From contig KZ538086.1 in assembly GCA_000934665.2 (NCBI GenBank), positions 62,001-126,000 on the forward strand: a stretch of 64,000 bases of DNA, in the 5' to 3' direction. The notes under the pieces were generated by a model. It was given only the letters and a program-made list of their open reading frames with translations. It searched no databases and was not told the origin of the DNA. Origin of the DNA: Catajapyx aquilonaris. Its lineage: Eukaryota. A program made the translations under genes and the position numbers. Of this stretch, positions 53,301 to 64,000 are shown in pieces (position 1 is the stretch's first letter; each line of letters opens with the position of its first letter).

Positions 53301-55486
53301 TGCTTCATAACATGCTGCATCAAAGCAGCGCCAGGCCATCCCCCTCTATTTTTCCATGACCAGAAGCAAGAGATTGTGACTTTGGGATTTCACAGGAAAC
53401 ACACATCCCCCGCGGTTTTCTCCTGGCCAGGGCGACGCGCACACACATATACACAGGAGAGAAAGGGGGGGGATGGGCTAGAATTTTGCAAAAATAGAAT
53501 AAAAATAACCTCTTTGAGCTTGGTGCTGGCCCTGGCAATGGGAATGTGCTCTCCGAAGTGCCGCTTCAAGGGTTCTAGTGTTAGGCTATCTCATCCAGAT
53601 ATATATTATGCATGCACAGAGCCTGCGTACTAGGATCACATGTCCTTTGATCTGCGTGGATGTGGAAGTCCATTGCTAAGCCTTGGGGATCATGCTCAAA
53701 TTTTGCATATGCAGATAACAAGGAAAATATTAATTAAAGTTTTGTGCGATGAAATATGAAACAGAGTTTTGGGAGGGGGTGGAAAAGTGGTGTGGTGGAG
53801 GGCTTGGTGCAGGAGCAGTGTGCTTGGAGTGTGGCCGGGTTTCATGTCGCTCTATACTGGAGTTGGAATGGGACTGAGGAACTGGATGCCCCAGGATTAG
53901 CCTAATGGAGGACCGGAGTCGGGATACTCCTTCCTATTAGTTAGGCCCATTTTTCCCTCCACCCTACCTTGGCTAGATTTTCTTTGTCACTTTCCCCCGC
54001 CCCCTTTCAAAACGCGATGACAAATGAGCATCGGGGTCTGGGCTACCTGCTGGCGGCCTAGCTCTCCGTGACGGCCACTGGGAGACGCGAATTTAATCAG
54101 CGGCTGTCAAAAGGGTAGTGCCGCCGGCGACCATTTATTCTGAGGAGGCTCATCCCCTCCTTCACCTCCTCCTTCCCCCACTTACCTCTGGAGGGTTGGC
54201 TACAGCAGAAGGACACCTCCGAGATGGGTCCGCAGGGTTTCTCCATGTGGATTCGACTCCGTCGTCCTCGCCGGCAATTTGTCAATCCGGATCACTCGAG
54301 CAGCAATATATACGGGGAGGTGCCATTGTTCTGCAATGGAGGTAGGACACGAGCAACTACTGTAGATGTAATGATACTTGGTGCTCGTGGACACACCCAG
54401 GTCTTAGCACATGCATTATTACTCATATCTCAGCATGTTTCGCTCTCACGTACACGTCGGGATCTACCGTCCAGTGGGAATGCCCATGAGAGAGTCCTCC
54501 ACAACATAGTTGCAGGTGTCAACTTAGGCATTGTGTCCTAGGATGTGTGGCAGAATTTGATGTTCGTTACATGCATCCTTCTTGTGCAAATGTGCCCTAG
54601 CGGCCGAAATTCATCCGTCAGCAGCTGCCATGAACCAGGCTCTGGGGTCGGTTATGGAGGGAAATAAGGGTCCGGTTGAAATTGTACATGACAGGAAAAT
54701 CAAAGGATTTTCTAGTGGTGGAGGGGAAGGGAAGGGCAGCGTCGACTTGCAATTGTGTGATTCCCTCGGATGATCTGGGACCGGAATCCAATGAATGCAG
54801 AGTGGGTGTTGTGAAAGGGCCTAGGTGTAGGATATCATTCGGTGGTGGGGGGGGGGGGGGGGGGGGGNTTTCGCGCCCCCATCACCTACACAGCTTTTTG
54901 CACTTCGATCGGAAGGTGTTGCGTGCGAGATGCCCGCTTGGCCAGCATCCATCCATCTCCCCCCTCCTCCCACTGCCATCTTTTTAAGAAGAAGAAAAAA
55001 AAAATGAGAGAGGAAGGGAGATATGGCGAATAAGCACATCTATCCCTCTCAGACCCGTAACCGCCGTCGTGGTGGCAATTAGGCAGCGGTTTTGAAAGGA
55101 AGTTGAATGGGGCAATTCGTCGGCAACATTGAGCCGCCATCGTTCCTGCACAATGCTTCTTCTTTGCTTGCCGGGGCCTGGATCATTCCTAAGGGAAGGA
55201 AGGAATGGTGGAAGGAGGAGGAGGAGGCGGCTGGGGTGTAATATTATTACATAATAGAATGCGGTCTGCTGAGGGGTGCGAATATAATAAAAGGGCTGGG
55301 AGGATGATGATAATAATACAGTGTATATGCACTCCGGGAAGGGGGAAAATGAGCCTGGTAGGATCACTCCCCTTAATCTAGTTCCTTTAGCGAAACGGCA
55401 GATAGGAGTCGAGTTTCTCATTTCGTAGGTGGAGATAAAGCCGAGTTTGGAGCCATAAGTTATGAGCGAGATTGATGCGTTGTCCT

Positions 55487-55523
55487 GCAGCAGCAGCAGT
55501 AGAAGCAGTAGAAGCAGCAGCAG
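55487..55523. repeat. Imperfect (CAG)n/(NAG)n trinucleotide repeat
   Basis: CAGCAGCAGCAGTAGAAGCAGTAGAAGCAGCAGCAG. TAG triplets interrupt the Gln frame, so this is not a coding polyQ tract. It produces the poly-Leu in ORF 54984..55664. Confidence 0.85.
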
Positions 55524-58500
55524 TTCCCCGAGATCAGGGCCAGTGCAGTACCGGTACGGTCTAAACGGACGCCTACTTTGGACTAAATTGTCCGTGGCGG
55601 AGTTGCACCGGCTTATGGACCCCGGGGTTGTTATTCCGGAATAAGTATTCCTAATTAAATGCACCGTTGCTCATTGGATGGCGAGCTTGCAGACGAGAGA
55701 GGCAGAGAGCAGAAAATGGGCGCGGGGGAGGGAAGGGGGGAGAAGGAGGGAAGGGAGGGGCGCAGTGTATAATTATTACGGGAGTGCGCTCGTAAATGAT
55801 ACCTCAGATCTGGAGTAATCGCAGCATCCGAGGAACCGAGCAGCTGGAGGAGAGTAATTGAGAAACTTGGCAAAAGGGAGGTGCTGACACGTCTTTAGTC
55901 TTGTTCCTTCTCCTTCGCCGGCAAATGCGCCCATTCACGCCTCTGAACGATTATCGCCGGAATTTGATAAGGTTGAAAGATTATTTCGGGTTGGCGCTGG
56001 GGACGACTACCAAAACTGATGGGATATTCAATGGTTTTGTTTCGACAAGCAGCGCGTGTCAATAGGGTCTGCTGGGGGTTCAGCTCGCACAACTGCCTAA
56101 AGGCTGGGTTTATTAAGCTCACTTGCGCGCTAACTGAGGTTAATTCTCCCCAGTTATGGGGCAAGCATATCAACTTGTGGCTCGGTGTTACCTTCTGTTG
56201 CGATTCGTGCCAGATTCGCGCATGAAGAGAAGAGAGAGAGAGACCGTTATTGAAAAATCCGACGTTTGAAAAATGTTGCGGATTTTGCACAGCAGAAATG
56301 GACAGGCACGTTCTCTCTGCTTATTCCCTCAATGACCTCCCAGCTTTCTTATTTTCTGCAAATGGCGAGATCCTCCGAGGACTTTTGGTGCGACAATCGC
56401 CTCTCCCCATCTTGAGCCTTTTAAGCGATGCTGTACCGCGCAACTTTACAACCGGAACTGGAACAAAAAGCCAGATATGTGGCGTGGAACCAGCAGCTCT
56501 TTTCACTCGCATCCTTCTCCAGGCAGCTTTATCTCCAAAGAGTGCAATCAGCCACTGCCGAGTTAAATGTGCCATGCAAGTTAGCTCTCCATTGGAAACG
56601 TTAAAAGCTTACTCACGTGAAGATTAAGCTGCCGTTAGTCTTATGTTCTAAAATGAATGTAATGGGCAGTAAAGTCGCCTCCTCTCCCCCAATAAACTCC
56701 GCTGGGAGGCTGTACTTCCGTCATTTTAAAAGAACACCGGAGGCTTGATGGCTCTCCAAATATATGAAGCCACCCCCTCTCCTCACGACCACCCCCCACC
56801 TCCCCCAACTGGGTCCAAACCTTTTTCCAGCAGCCAAGTCCCGAGCTGGAAAGGTAGAGAGAAGAGGGGGGAAAAAACCCCCCCTCTCTCGTCTACTACT
56901 CATTCATTTCCAGGGTAATAGGCGCAGTTTTAGACGCGGAATGCACCATTTGGTTTCACACGAAACTACAAAAGAAGGATCAAGTCCGAAAGTTATCTCC
57001 TCCGTTATTGGCGCGCCCGGCTCAAATGCTAAACAGGGCGAGCATTCTGGACCTCTTTCTCCTTTTCCACCCTGCACATAAGTGAGGAGAATTTTTGTCG
57101 CCATGACAGTTGGCCTACCAATCAGGAGAATCCTCCCGATGATCGCCTTCACTGCCCGGAATCCCTTTCGCTAATGAAGTTTCTGGACACCTCGATGGCC
57201 GCCCGGAGTAAAAGCTGTCGTTAGGCGGACCCAAATGTCTAAATATTCTGGTGCGAGGTTTTGCAGGGTGGGCTTGAAGGTTGGGTTTCCTCCCCGCACC
57301 AATAAGATTGTAGTTTTAATATTTAAGCAGGAAATCGCGAGCTCGGGGGGAAAGCTGCCTTGGGTTGGTGGGTGGGAGTCTTATCAAGGAGGCGAGAGAG
57401 GCAAATTCCTATGCAATGTGGCTCCTCTAATGGCTTCCCCGGAATAAACTCCGTGGTCTTGGAATACCACTCGCTTGGTGGACCGACCTTCCCCCTTTTT
57501 TTGTGCCGCATTTCTTTTGCGCGGTGCGTGGCGAAACCTCGGAAGTTATAAGCCCCCTCAGTATCAATAAAAACGGCGTGAATTGATTGTAAAATCAGGG
57601 AAACGGAATGGAAAAAACCGCGGTCCTCAGACATACGTTGTGGTCGAAATGTCATTCATTGTGGGAAATGCCGAGAATTTACCATTCCAGTCGACAGAAA
57701 AATGTTGCCAAAATTGGTACTACAGGGTGTTGCACTGGCAAGGTCCACAGTTCAAGAGGATGGATTGTTTACACACCCTGCAACATGTTTGAAGCAACAT
57801 TAACCTGTGTTAGTGTAAACAGGTTGCTTAAGTAAACATTCCATCGCTTCTCCACAATGTATCAGCTTGTATTTTTCTGTCAACAACCTAGGACGCGTGT
57901 CATTGGTCCCCCCTGAATATGTTGAGCATGGAAAAGGGATGCTGCTACACCTTGACTGAGATGCAGCTGACGTCCGAGTGATTGACAGAATCCTCCTTGT
58001 CCCGTGGCAGAAAAATAAGAAAGGAAGGGGAAGGAGGGGCCAAAGAGGGAGAGAGGGGAAAAAAAGAAAGGAGAAAGAGGGAGGAAAAAAATGGATCGTA
58101 GCTCAGTGAAGAACCTCTCTAACTCTCTCCCTTCCTTACCTTCTTTCGACACCAGGAAAGAAAAATGTGGCGAGACGGGGATTTGCCACTTTTCAAAGTT
58201 TAGCACCTTTTCCCCATTCAATCTCCACTTGAGTTTAATGGATTTTGAGGAAAGAAAGCTAGAAGAGTGGGAGGTAGGCTGGGCTGGTGGTGTGAGGGAA
58301 AGGAGGAAGGGAGGAGGAGGAGAGGGGGATGCAAGGGCTAGATTTTACAAGATTGGAACAGATCGATGGCGCGGTAAATCTTTCAATCGCATCGCCTCAG
58401 GCTCTTAGGGTTGCCTCTGTACCTGAGCAATTAATTTCACGCACCGGCATCCGCTTATATGGCTACTGTGCCACGCCAGATGGGTCCTACTGGATATTTA

Positions 58501-58898
58501 TATACACCCATTTTCAGGAGTTACGTTTTTGACAGATTTTCTTTAAAAAATATCCCTCCCTCTGCTGCTGCTGCATGCGCTGAAGGCTGATTTGCACAAA
58601 CTGGAGACGGTTATATTGTTGGCGCAAACTCTTGTTTTGAAGAGGTTGTCCGTCCACTTCTACCGGATTACTCGGGGCTGGCTGCTTTGAAAATGTCGAA
58701 ATTAACCAGTGGCTGGTAGACATTGAGCCACGTCGCACGCAGATGCCCTTTTCCTTTGTGCGTATGTTGAGTGGGGGGGATTGGGGGAGCCCCGGATCTC
58801 GATAGAGAATATCGGCGTAGGAAAGCAGTCGAAAGGGATGGTGGTGGAGGGGAGGGGAAGGAAGAATGGAGTGGCGCACTTTCTGGCTTTCCAAGTAA

Positions 58899-59431
58899 AG
58901 GCCTGTCCAGACGTCCAAGAAAACTCGTGCACGAGTTGCCAGAGGCGCCTGGCGACGAAGCCTCCCAAGGTGTGGGGAAAGATCTATAGGGTCATTTGGC
59001 AGGTGCGGCCTGTTCAGAACACCTCAAAATTCTTCAGCTCCGCTTGTAATCAATCGTTGATCATAATACATTGCAGATGATAACACACTCAATACATTTG
59101 TGATCGTTGCCCCGGTGTACAGATTTTCTGGGCCCATTGGGGTGTGCTGTATCTCAAGCATAGCAGAGGGACCCTAAAGATGACGAAAATCGAAAATCTG
59201 CCTTGAAATAGGTCAAAGCCCCCCGCCCCCCCCCCCAAAAAAAAAAAAAAATCCCATAAGCAGTGTAAGTTATTATTGCCAACGATTGATAGCGAGAGGA
59301 GCTGAATATTTTGGGCTGTTCTGAACAGGCCTGTCGAATGACCCTAGATCTTTCCCCAGCCTCTCGGTCCTCCGTCGCCAGGCACCTCTGGCAACTCGTG
59401 CACGAGTTTTCTCGGACGTCTGGACAGGCCT
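58899..59431. mobile_element. Non-autonomous DNA transposon (MITE), PIF/Harbinger (Tourist)-like, with long terminal inverted repeats
   Basis: Left arm 58899-59068 and right arm 59271-59431 are reverse complements; the outer 59 bp match at 57/59 (AGGCCTGTCCAGACGTCC[A/G]AGAAAACTCGTGCACGAGTTGCCAGAGG[C/T]GCCTGGCGACG). Both ends are flanked by TAA (58896-58898 and 59432-59434), the 3-bp TSD typical of PIF/Harbinger. The ~200-bp spacer has no transposase ORF. Confidence 0.85.
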
Positions 59432-62400
59432 TAAAGCCTTGCCACAAACAGCCACCACTTAGCCAATGTCTAAAATTCGAGTGGGGCAGGCAGGCCGCTG
59501 TTTGAAGGGAGAGACTTGAAAGTCCTGTTTTGGGGAGGGAGGGAGAGGCTGGAGGAGGAGGTAGGTGCCAGAGAAAACTGTGTTTTCAGAGAGTTTAACT
59601 GCGAGTCACCACAAACGTAACCGTGGAAGGTGGCAAAGAAATAGTCAGAAGTTGCATCCGAATTGACGTCAACTCGGTGTCATAACCGCATTGTTTGAAA
59701 TGTATGAGACGGTGAGGCGTGCCCCTGGAAAAGGCCTGCATTGTTCGGAACAAACGGTGCCCTCCCCCACCCCCTTGCTCTCTCTATTTTTTTTGTCCCT
59801 GGGGATCTATGCGAGTGCCCCCCGGTGAGGGGTTTTTGCCGAGCCCATAACCAGGTATGGTATTGGCCGCCGTTTTCATGCGAAATCGAATGCTTATGGC
59901 TGATGGATTGGTTGAATGGATGACAGTATTGCGTGGCCAAGGTGCCTCGGGCTGTGTTCTCTGCTCGGGGGGGGGGGGGGGGGGGGGNTAGGCCACCGAC
60001 CAATTTGGTAGGGATGAGGGGGTGTTTGCAGGCGGGGAGATACTGTACACACACACGGCCCCGGTAGGCGAGAGGGCACAGAAAAGCCTTCTCTATCTCC
60101 CACCAGCGCCAGGAGAATGTGTATCTTATCGGGGGGGATATAAAATCTGGGATTGATTGAAGGCTCGTTCCCCCACACCTCTTGCCTGATACCGACTTAA
60201 AACGTTATTAGTAATCCGGGAATGTAATTGCAGCATCCGGCATTAATGGTGGTAACAGACTCGTAATCATAGGAACACTGTACATGAAAAAGAAGATAAC
60301 CAGCGTAATGGATTTTGCATTGTACGTGTTCATTGAGCATTTGCATAAATTACGGTCGGCCGTTTCGGAATTTGCATGACCGTATCGGGGGAAGGGTCCG
60401 GCGGCAGAGAATGGGGCCTGCGTATGTGTGTATGTGTGCGAGAGTCCGTGTGCCTGTCTGCCTAGAGAGCGAGATGCGAAATTGAGGAGCCGTCCGATTG
60501 CGTGCTCAATTGATCGGGAATGTCCCATGTCTATTTCATTGTTGATGGCTCTTGATTTTGAAAATTCATGAGAGCGGAGAAGGTTTCGTGCAATAGTGAT
60601 TGACGCTGTGTGAAAGGAGCGGATCTCGAACGTTTCTCGCCGTCTTTTGGCTTGGAAACACGATGGCTTTGACAAGGAATCTCTCCTTCAGCAGCATCCT
60701 CCTACACTTCCTCTGGTATTCTCTTTCCCTCTCCCTCCCTGCCTCCCTTTTCCCCATCCGAATCCTCACCCACCCACTGGGCATGCACGCGGGCGCATTC
60801 AGCCAAATGCCAAATTGATTGGTGGTCTAAATGCGGGCCGGCTAGCACAAAAGCCCAGGGACACCCTTTCCCGCTGAAATTATTAATGCAAATTAGTCAT
60901 CGTGGGGCCTTGGCGCAAAGCAGGGGGCTGAAATGGGGGTTTAACAAGCCGGAGGTAGGTGCTGGAGTGGGGGTGGGTTTTTCTAAAAAAAAAAAAAAAA
61001 CTTTTTTTAAAAATAAAATGTAGTACTGAGAACGAGGTGGTAAAAAAAAAATCCATCCTCGTACTTAATAAGACTAATGTACGGTAATGTCTGATTGCTC
61101 CGGGGCCTCTCTCGCACGTTTTGGCACTTGTTTCACATTTATTCGGGCATCTTGACTGGTGGTCCGGGGCATTATTTTGTTTTGATTTGTTGATAGGGTA
61201 ATGCGGGTTGGAGACGCGGCGAGTTTTTACTGCGACTCATTTGTCTCGACTTGTGTGCTCCGTTTGCTTGCTGTTTCGGGGGAGGGGAGGGGCGGATGGG
61301 GGAGGAGAAAGAGACTGCTCCTACTTTCCGATGCGCCAGTTTCTCTCTCAAATGTTCCTTTGCATGCGGACTTTTCCGTAAAGCTGCCTCGGTTTATGTC
61401 TGCCGTTCGTCAATTTCACTGGAAATCCGGGCCCGTGCTTGGTAAACATGGGGAGCGTTCGTTTTCAAACCTTGACTCCGGGGATGGGGATTTCTTACCA
61501 TGGGGTTTTGTCTGCAGGGACCTGATCAGCCAAAAAGGACGACTCTCCTCCTCCTCCTCTTCCACCCCTCTTCTCCTCCTCCCCTATCGATTAAAACGAC
61601 TAGATCCGGCGCTCGTCACTGCCAAAAAGCGCCGGAATCTCTGAATCCGTGCGACAAGTCGATCCATAATTGAGAGCCAATTCCGGGGAAAGGAATCTCT
61701 CCAAACCCCGTGACCGGCTCCAGCAGCACTAACCCTAACGTGTTGGTATGTAGCCCCAGTCTACTACTTTCTGCTATCGCCTCTCGGACCCGCTATGCGT
61801 CTACCTCCTCTAGCTCTCTCTCTCCTCGCCATTTTGGGAGGCTAATGAAACGCCGGATTTTTGCACTCCCGGAAAACTTTTTGAGGGGTCTGGTCACGCC
61901 CCAGAAACTCTTTTTGGCCCCCGAATCTTCCTTTCTGAGTGTGCAGCCAAGTGGCCCGCGTGGTTCACCAGGTGGTAAGGAAAAATACTGCTTCCCCACC
62001 CACCCCCCTTCCTCATCTCCCCCCCATTCATCACTCGAGGGGGGGAAGGAGGGGATGCCTTTGGGCCAGCGTTTGTTGGACAGGTGACCTTCCCCCCTCC
62101 TAGTATTCCGGGCGGGCCCTCAAAACTCTATAACCAGATGCAAAGTTTCCCAAACCTTCCATGAGCTGTAAAGTCCGGAATAGGTGGGAGAAAACTGGGC
62201 GTGGGAAACTACGAGGCCAGTCGATCAGTAATTCTTCAACTGTTGACGTTATCACCCCATCCCTTTCCGTCAGGAATTATTTTCGGCCTCAAAACTTGTT
62301 ATTTTGGCCCTGAAAAGCGAAAACACAGTAACTGTAGCTAAGAACTTTTTTTATTATTTCTCGTGGCGGAGGTGAGGCACGGAACTGCTTACCTGCTCTA

Positions 62401-64000
62401 ATTTGAACAGTACCTGGTGCATGTTCGAAACCCAGTAACAAGTACCTTTGCCCGCAGTGGTGTGTTTTTGGGCTTTGAACCGGGTCCAGTTTTGGGATGC
62501 TCCGAATGTCCTGCCGGCTGGCTGGGGGGCTATGGCCGTTTGGGTCCGTATTGACACCCGCTGGTAAATTGTTGATGTGTCTGCCTGCCAATTTTTGACG
62601 TGTTGGGATGCAGTTGGATACCCCAATTAATATGTGCATTTAAATGGACTCCGCAGCCAATGATACAGAAACATTCGGCCATGTTTGTCTATAATTGTTT
62701 GCGTTTGGAGGGGCGGCAGCGTGGTGTGTTTTTGGTCTGCCCATCGCAATGGGAGATGGAAGGCTCCAATTTCCACCTCGGTGGGTTTTTGGAGGGAGGG
62801 AGGGTGTGGATTTAAAAATAATTCATAGGTTGGGTGGACCCCCCTGTTCCGTTGCCGGAGAGTGCAGTGGGTGGGTGGGCGGACGAGGGATATTATTCTA
62901 GCCCCTGGCTATGGCGGGGACGAATGAATTAATTTTGCTGGTTTTGTGTAAGCGAGCCCTCCCGCGCCAGCTTGACCGGCAGCTGTCGCCAATCGAAAAG
63001 AAGTTGTCGCGGGGACGTCGCCCCCAGAGGGGGGAGGCCATTTTTCGTTACTTTGGCAACCCGGCAGGTGTACCGCCCACTTGTTTCATCGAGACCCGCA
63101 TCCCAAAAAATTACGGAATGGCTTTTGCGGGCGGATGGCCTGACAGGGCCCGGGTAATTGGCCAGTTTGGGTGCGGCGGGGGTTTTCCTGCCCAAGGGCT
63201 ATCCGAGACCTTCGCTGGCCCAAATCAATGGGTTGGTTGGCTGGCTGGATGGCTGGCCATTGCGACCCCCCAGTCTGCTAGTGGGGAAGAGAGCCAGCTA
63301 GTCTTCAGGAATTAGGGACCAAGCAGGTCAAGCGTTTCCCCACCCGATTGGATAATGGCGAGACCTTCTGCTGCAAGGAGCCAAGGGGGGATTAGTCGAT
63401 TTCAGGTGTATGTACACAAAGTTGCAGATCGGTTTTCTCATATCGTGTTTTTTTTTTTTTATGGCCTGAGATTGAATTTCTTCCGAGAGCAAACTTGGCC
63501 GCTTAGGTCAACACTATTAGCCTACAGACTTGAAAAGTAGCCGTTGCTGGATTTCGACGTCCAGTGAGTCGGGTTAAATCAACGTCTAATTGGGTAAAGA
63601 GGAAGTCCCAAATGTAGGGTCGCATTATTGACCCTGTCCGGATCTGGGCTGATTTAATTCAAGTCCCTAGACTGTAGCGGTGAAAGCCTAGCAGTTGCGA
63701 GCCAGGCATTTTTTTCCCCCCCAGGGGCATGCAAGCCGCCATCCTCTTGTCAAAGTGGTTACAGGTACGTGTACAGCTGTGAAAGAGTCGGAAAACATGT
63801 CCAAAACTGAGGAGTCTTTACAATCTAAAACACCTTGGTTTGTGACTTCTTATTTAAAAGGTACCATCGAGCACCAATATTCATTTTACACGAAACCACG
63901 AATGAAAAGGAACTGGTATTTAAAAAACATATATATACGCATCATCTCGATTAGAAGACTCACATGGGTATATTTTGCCGATCCGGGTTTCGTGACTAAG

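Noticed and set aside
54041..54058. CTCF-like site (minus strand GCCAGCAGGTAGC)
   Set aside because: Single imperfect match with a mismatch in the conserved GGC core; not supportable without PWM scoring or ChIP.
55631..55644. 14-bp palindrome TTATTCCGGAATAA
   Set aside because: Within chance expectation for a window of this size.
57708..57730. Minus-strand ACCCTGTAGTACCAATTT resembling miR-10/miR-993 5p
   Set aside because: It diverges after the seed and no star arm is present at the expected position.
39158..59988. Four ~21-28-nt poly-G runs, all on the + strand
   Set aside because: Each contains or ends in N and three have near-identical length, which points to a sequencing/assembly limit; length and strand bias cannot be trusted.
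62363..62434. A-box/B-box-like motifs (TGGCGGAGGTG...GTTCGAAAC) suggesting a tRNA or SINE
   Set aside because: No cloverleaf stems, poor box matches, no tail or TSD.

Overview
This window reads as eukaryotic non-coding genomic DNA. It is probably invertebrate/arthropod-like, which is an inference from abundant CpG, polypurine/polypyrimidine tracts, (GA)n/(CA)n microsatellites and alternating AT-rich islands. None of the ORFs in the track (longest 226 aa) resembles a protein family I can recognise; most are low-complexity or overlap each other in several frames, so no CDS is called. I found no rRNA, tRNA, CRISPR array or convincing known miRNA. The best-supported feature is a 533-bp non-autonomous PIF/Harbinger-like inverted-repeat element (58899-59431) with a TAA target-site duplication, ~165-bp arms and internal copies of its terminal motif. 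Also supported are a second, more degenerate ~100-bp fold-back element (10166-10267), two long palindromes, simple repeats and G-quadruplex motifs. Candidate regulatory signals are a TATA+Inr core promoter with canonical spacing and a downstream splice donor (47348-47465), a 16-19-bp motif GTAATYGCAGCRTCCG present three times, and clusters of homeodomain and Forkhead sites. The region looks like a large intron or gene desert with cis-regulatory content. I cannot support a claim of a new protein-coding system from this sequence.
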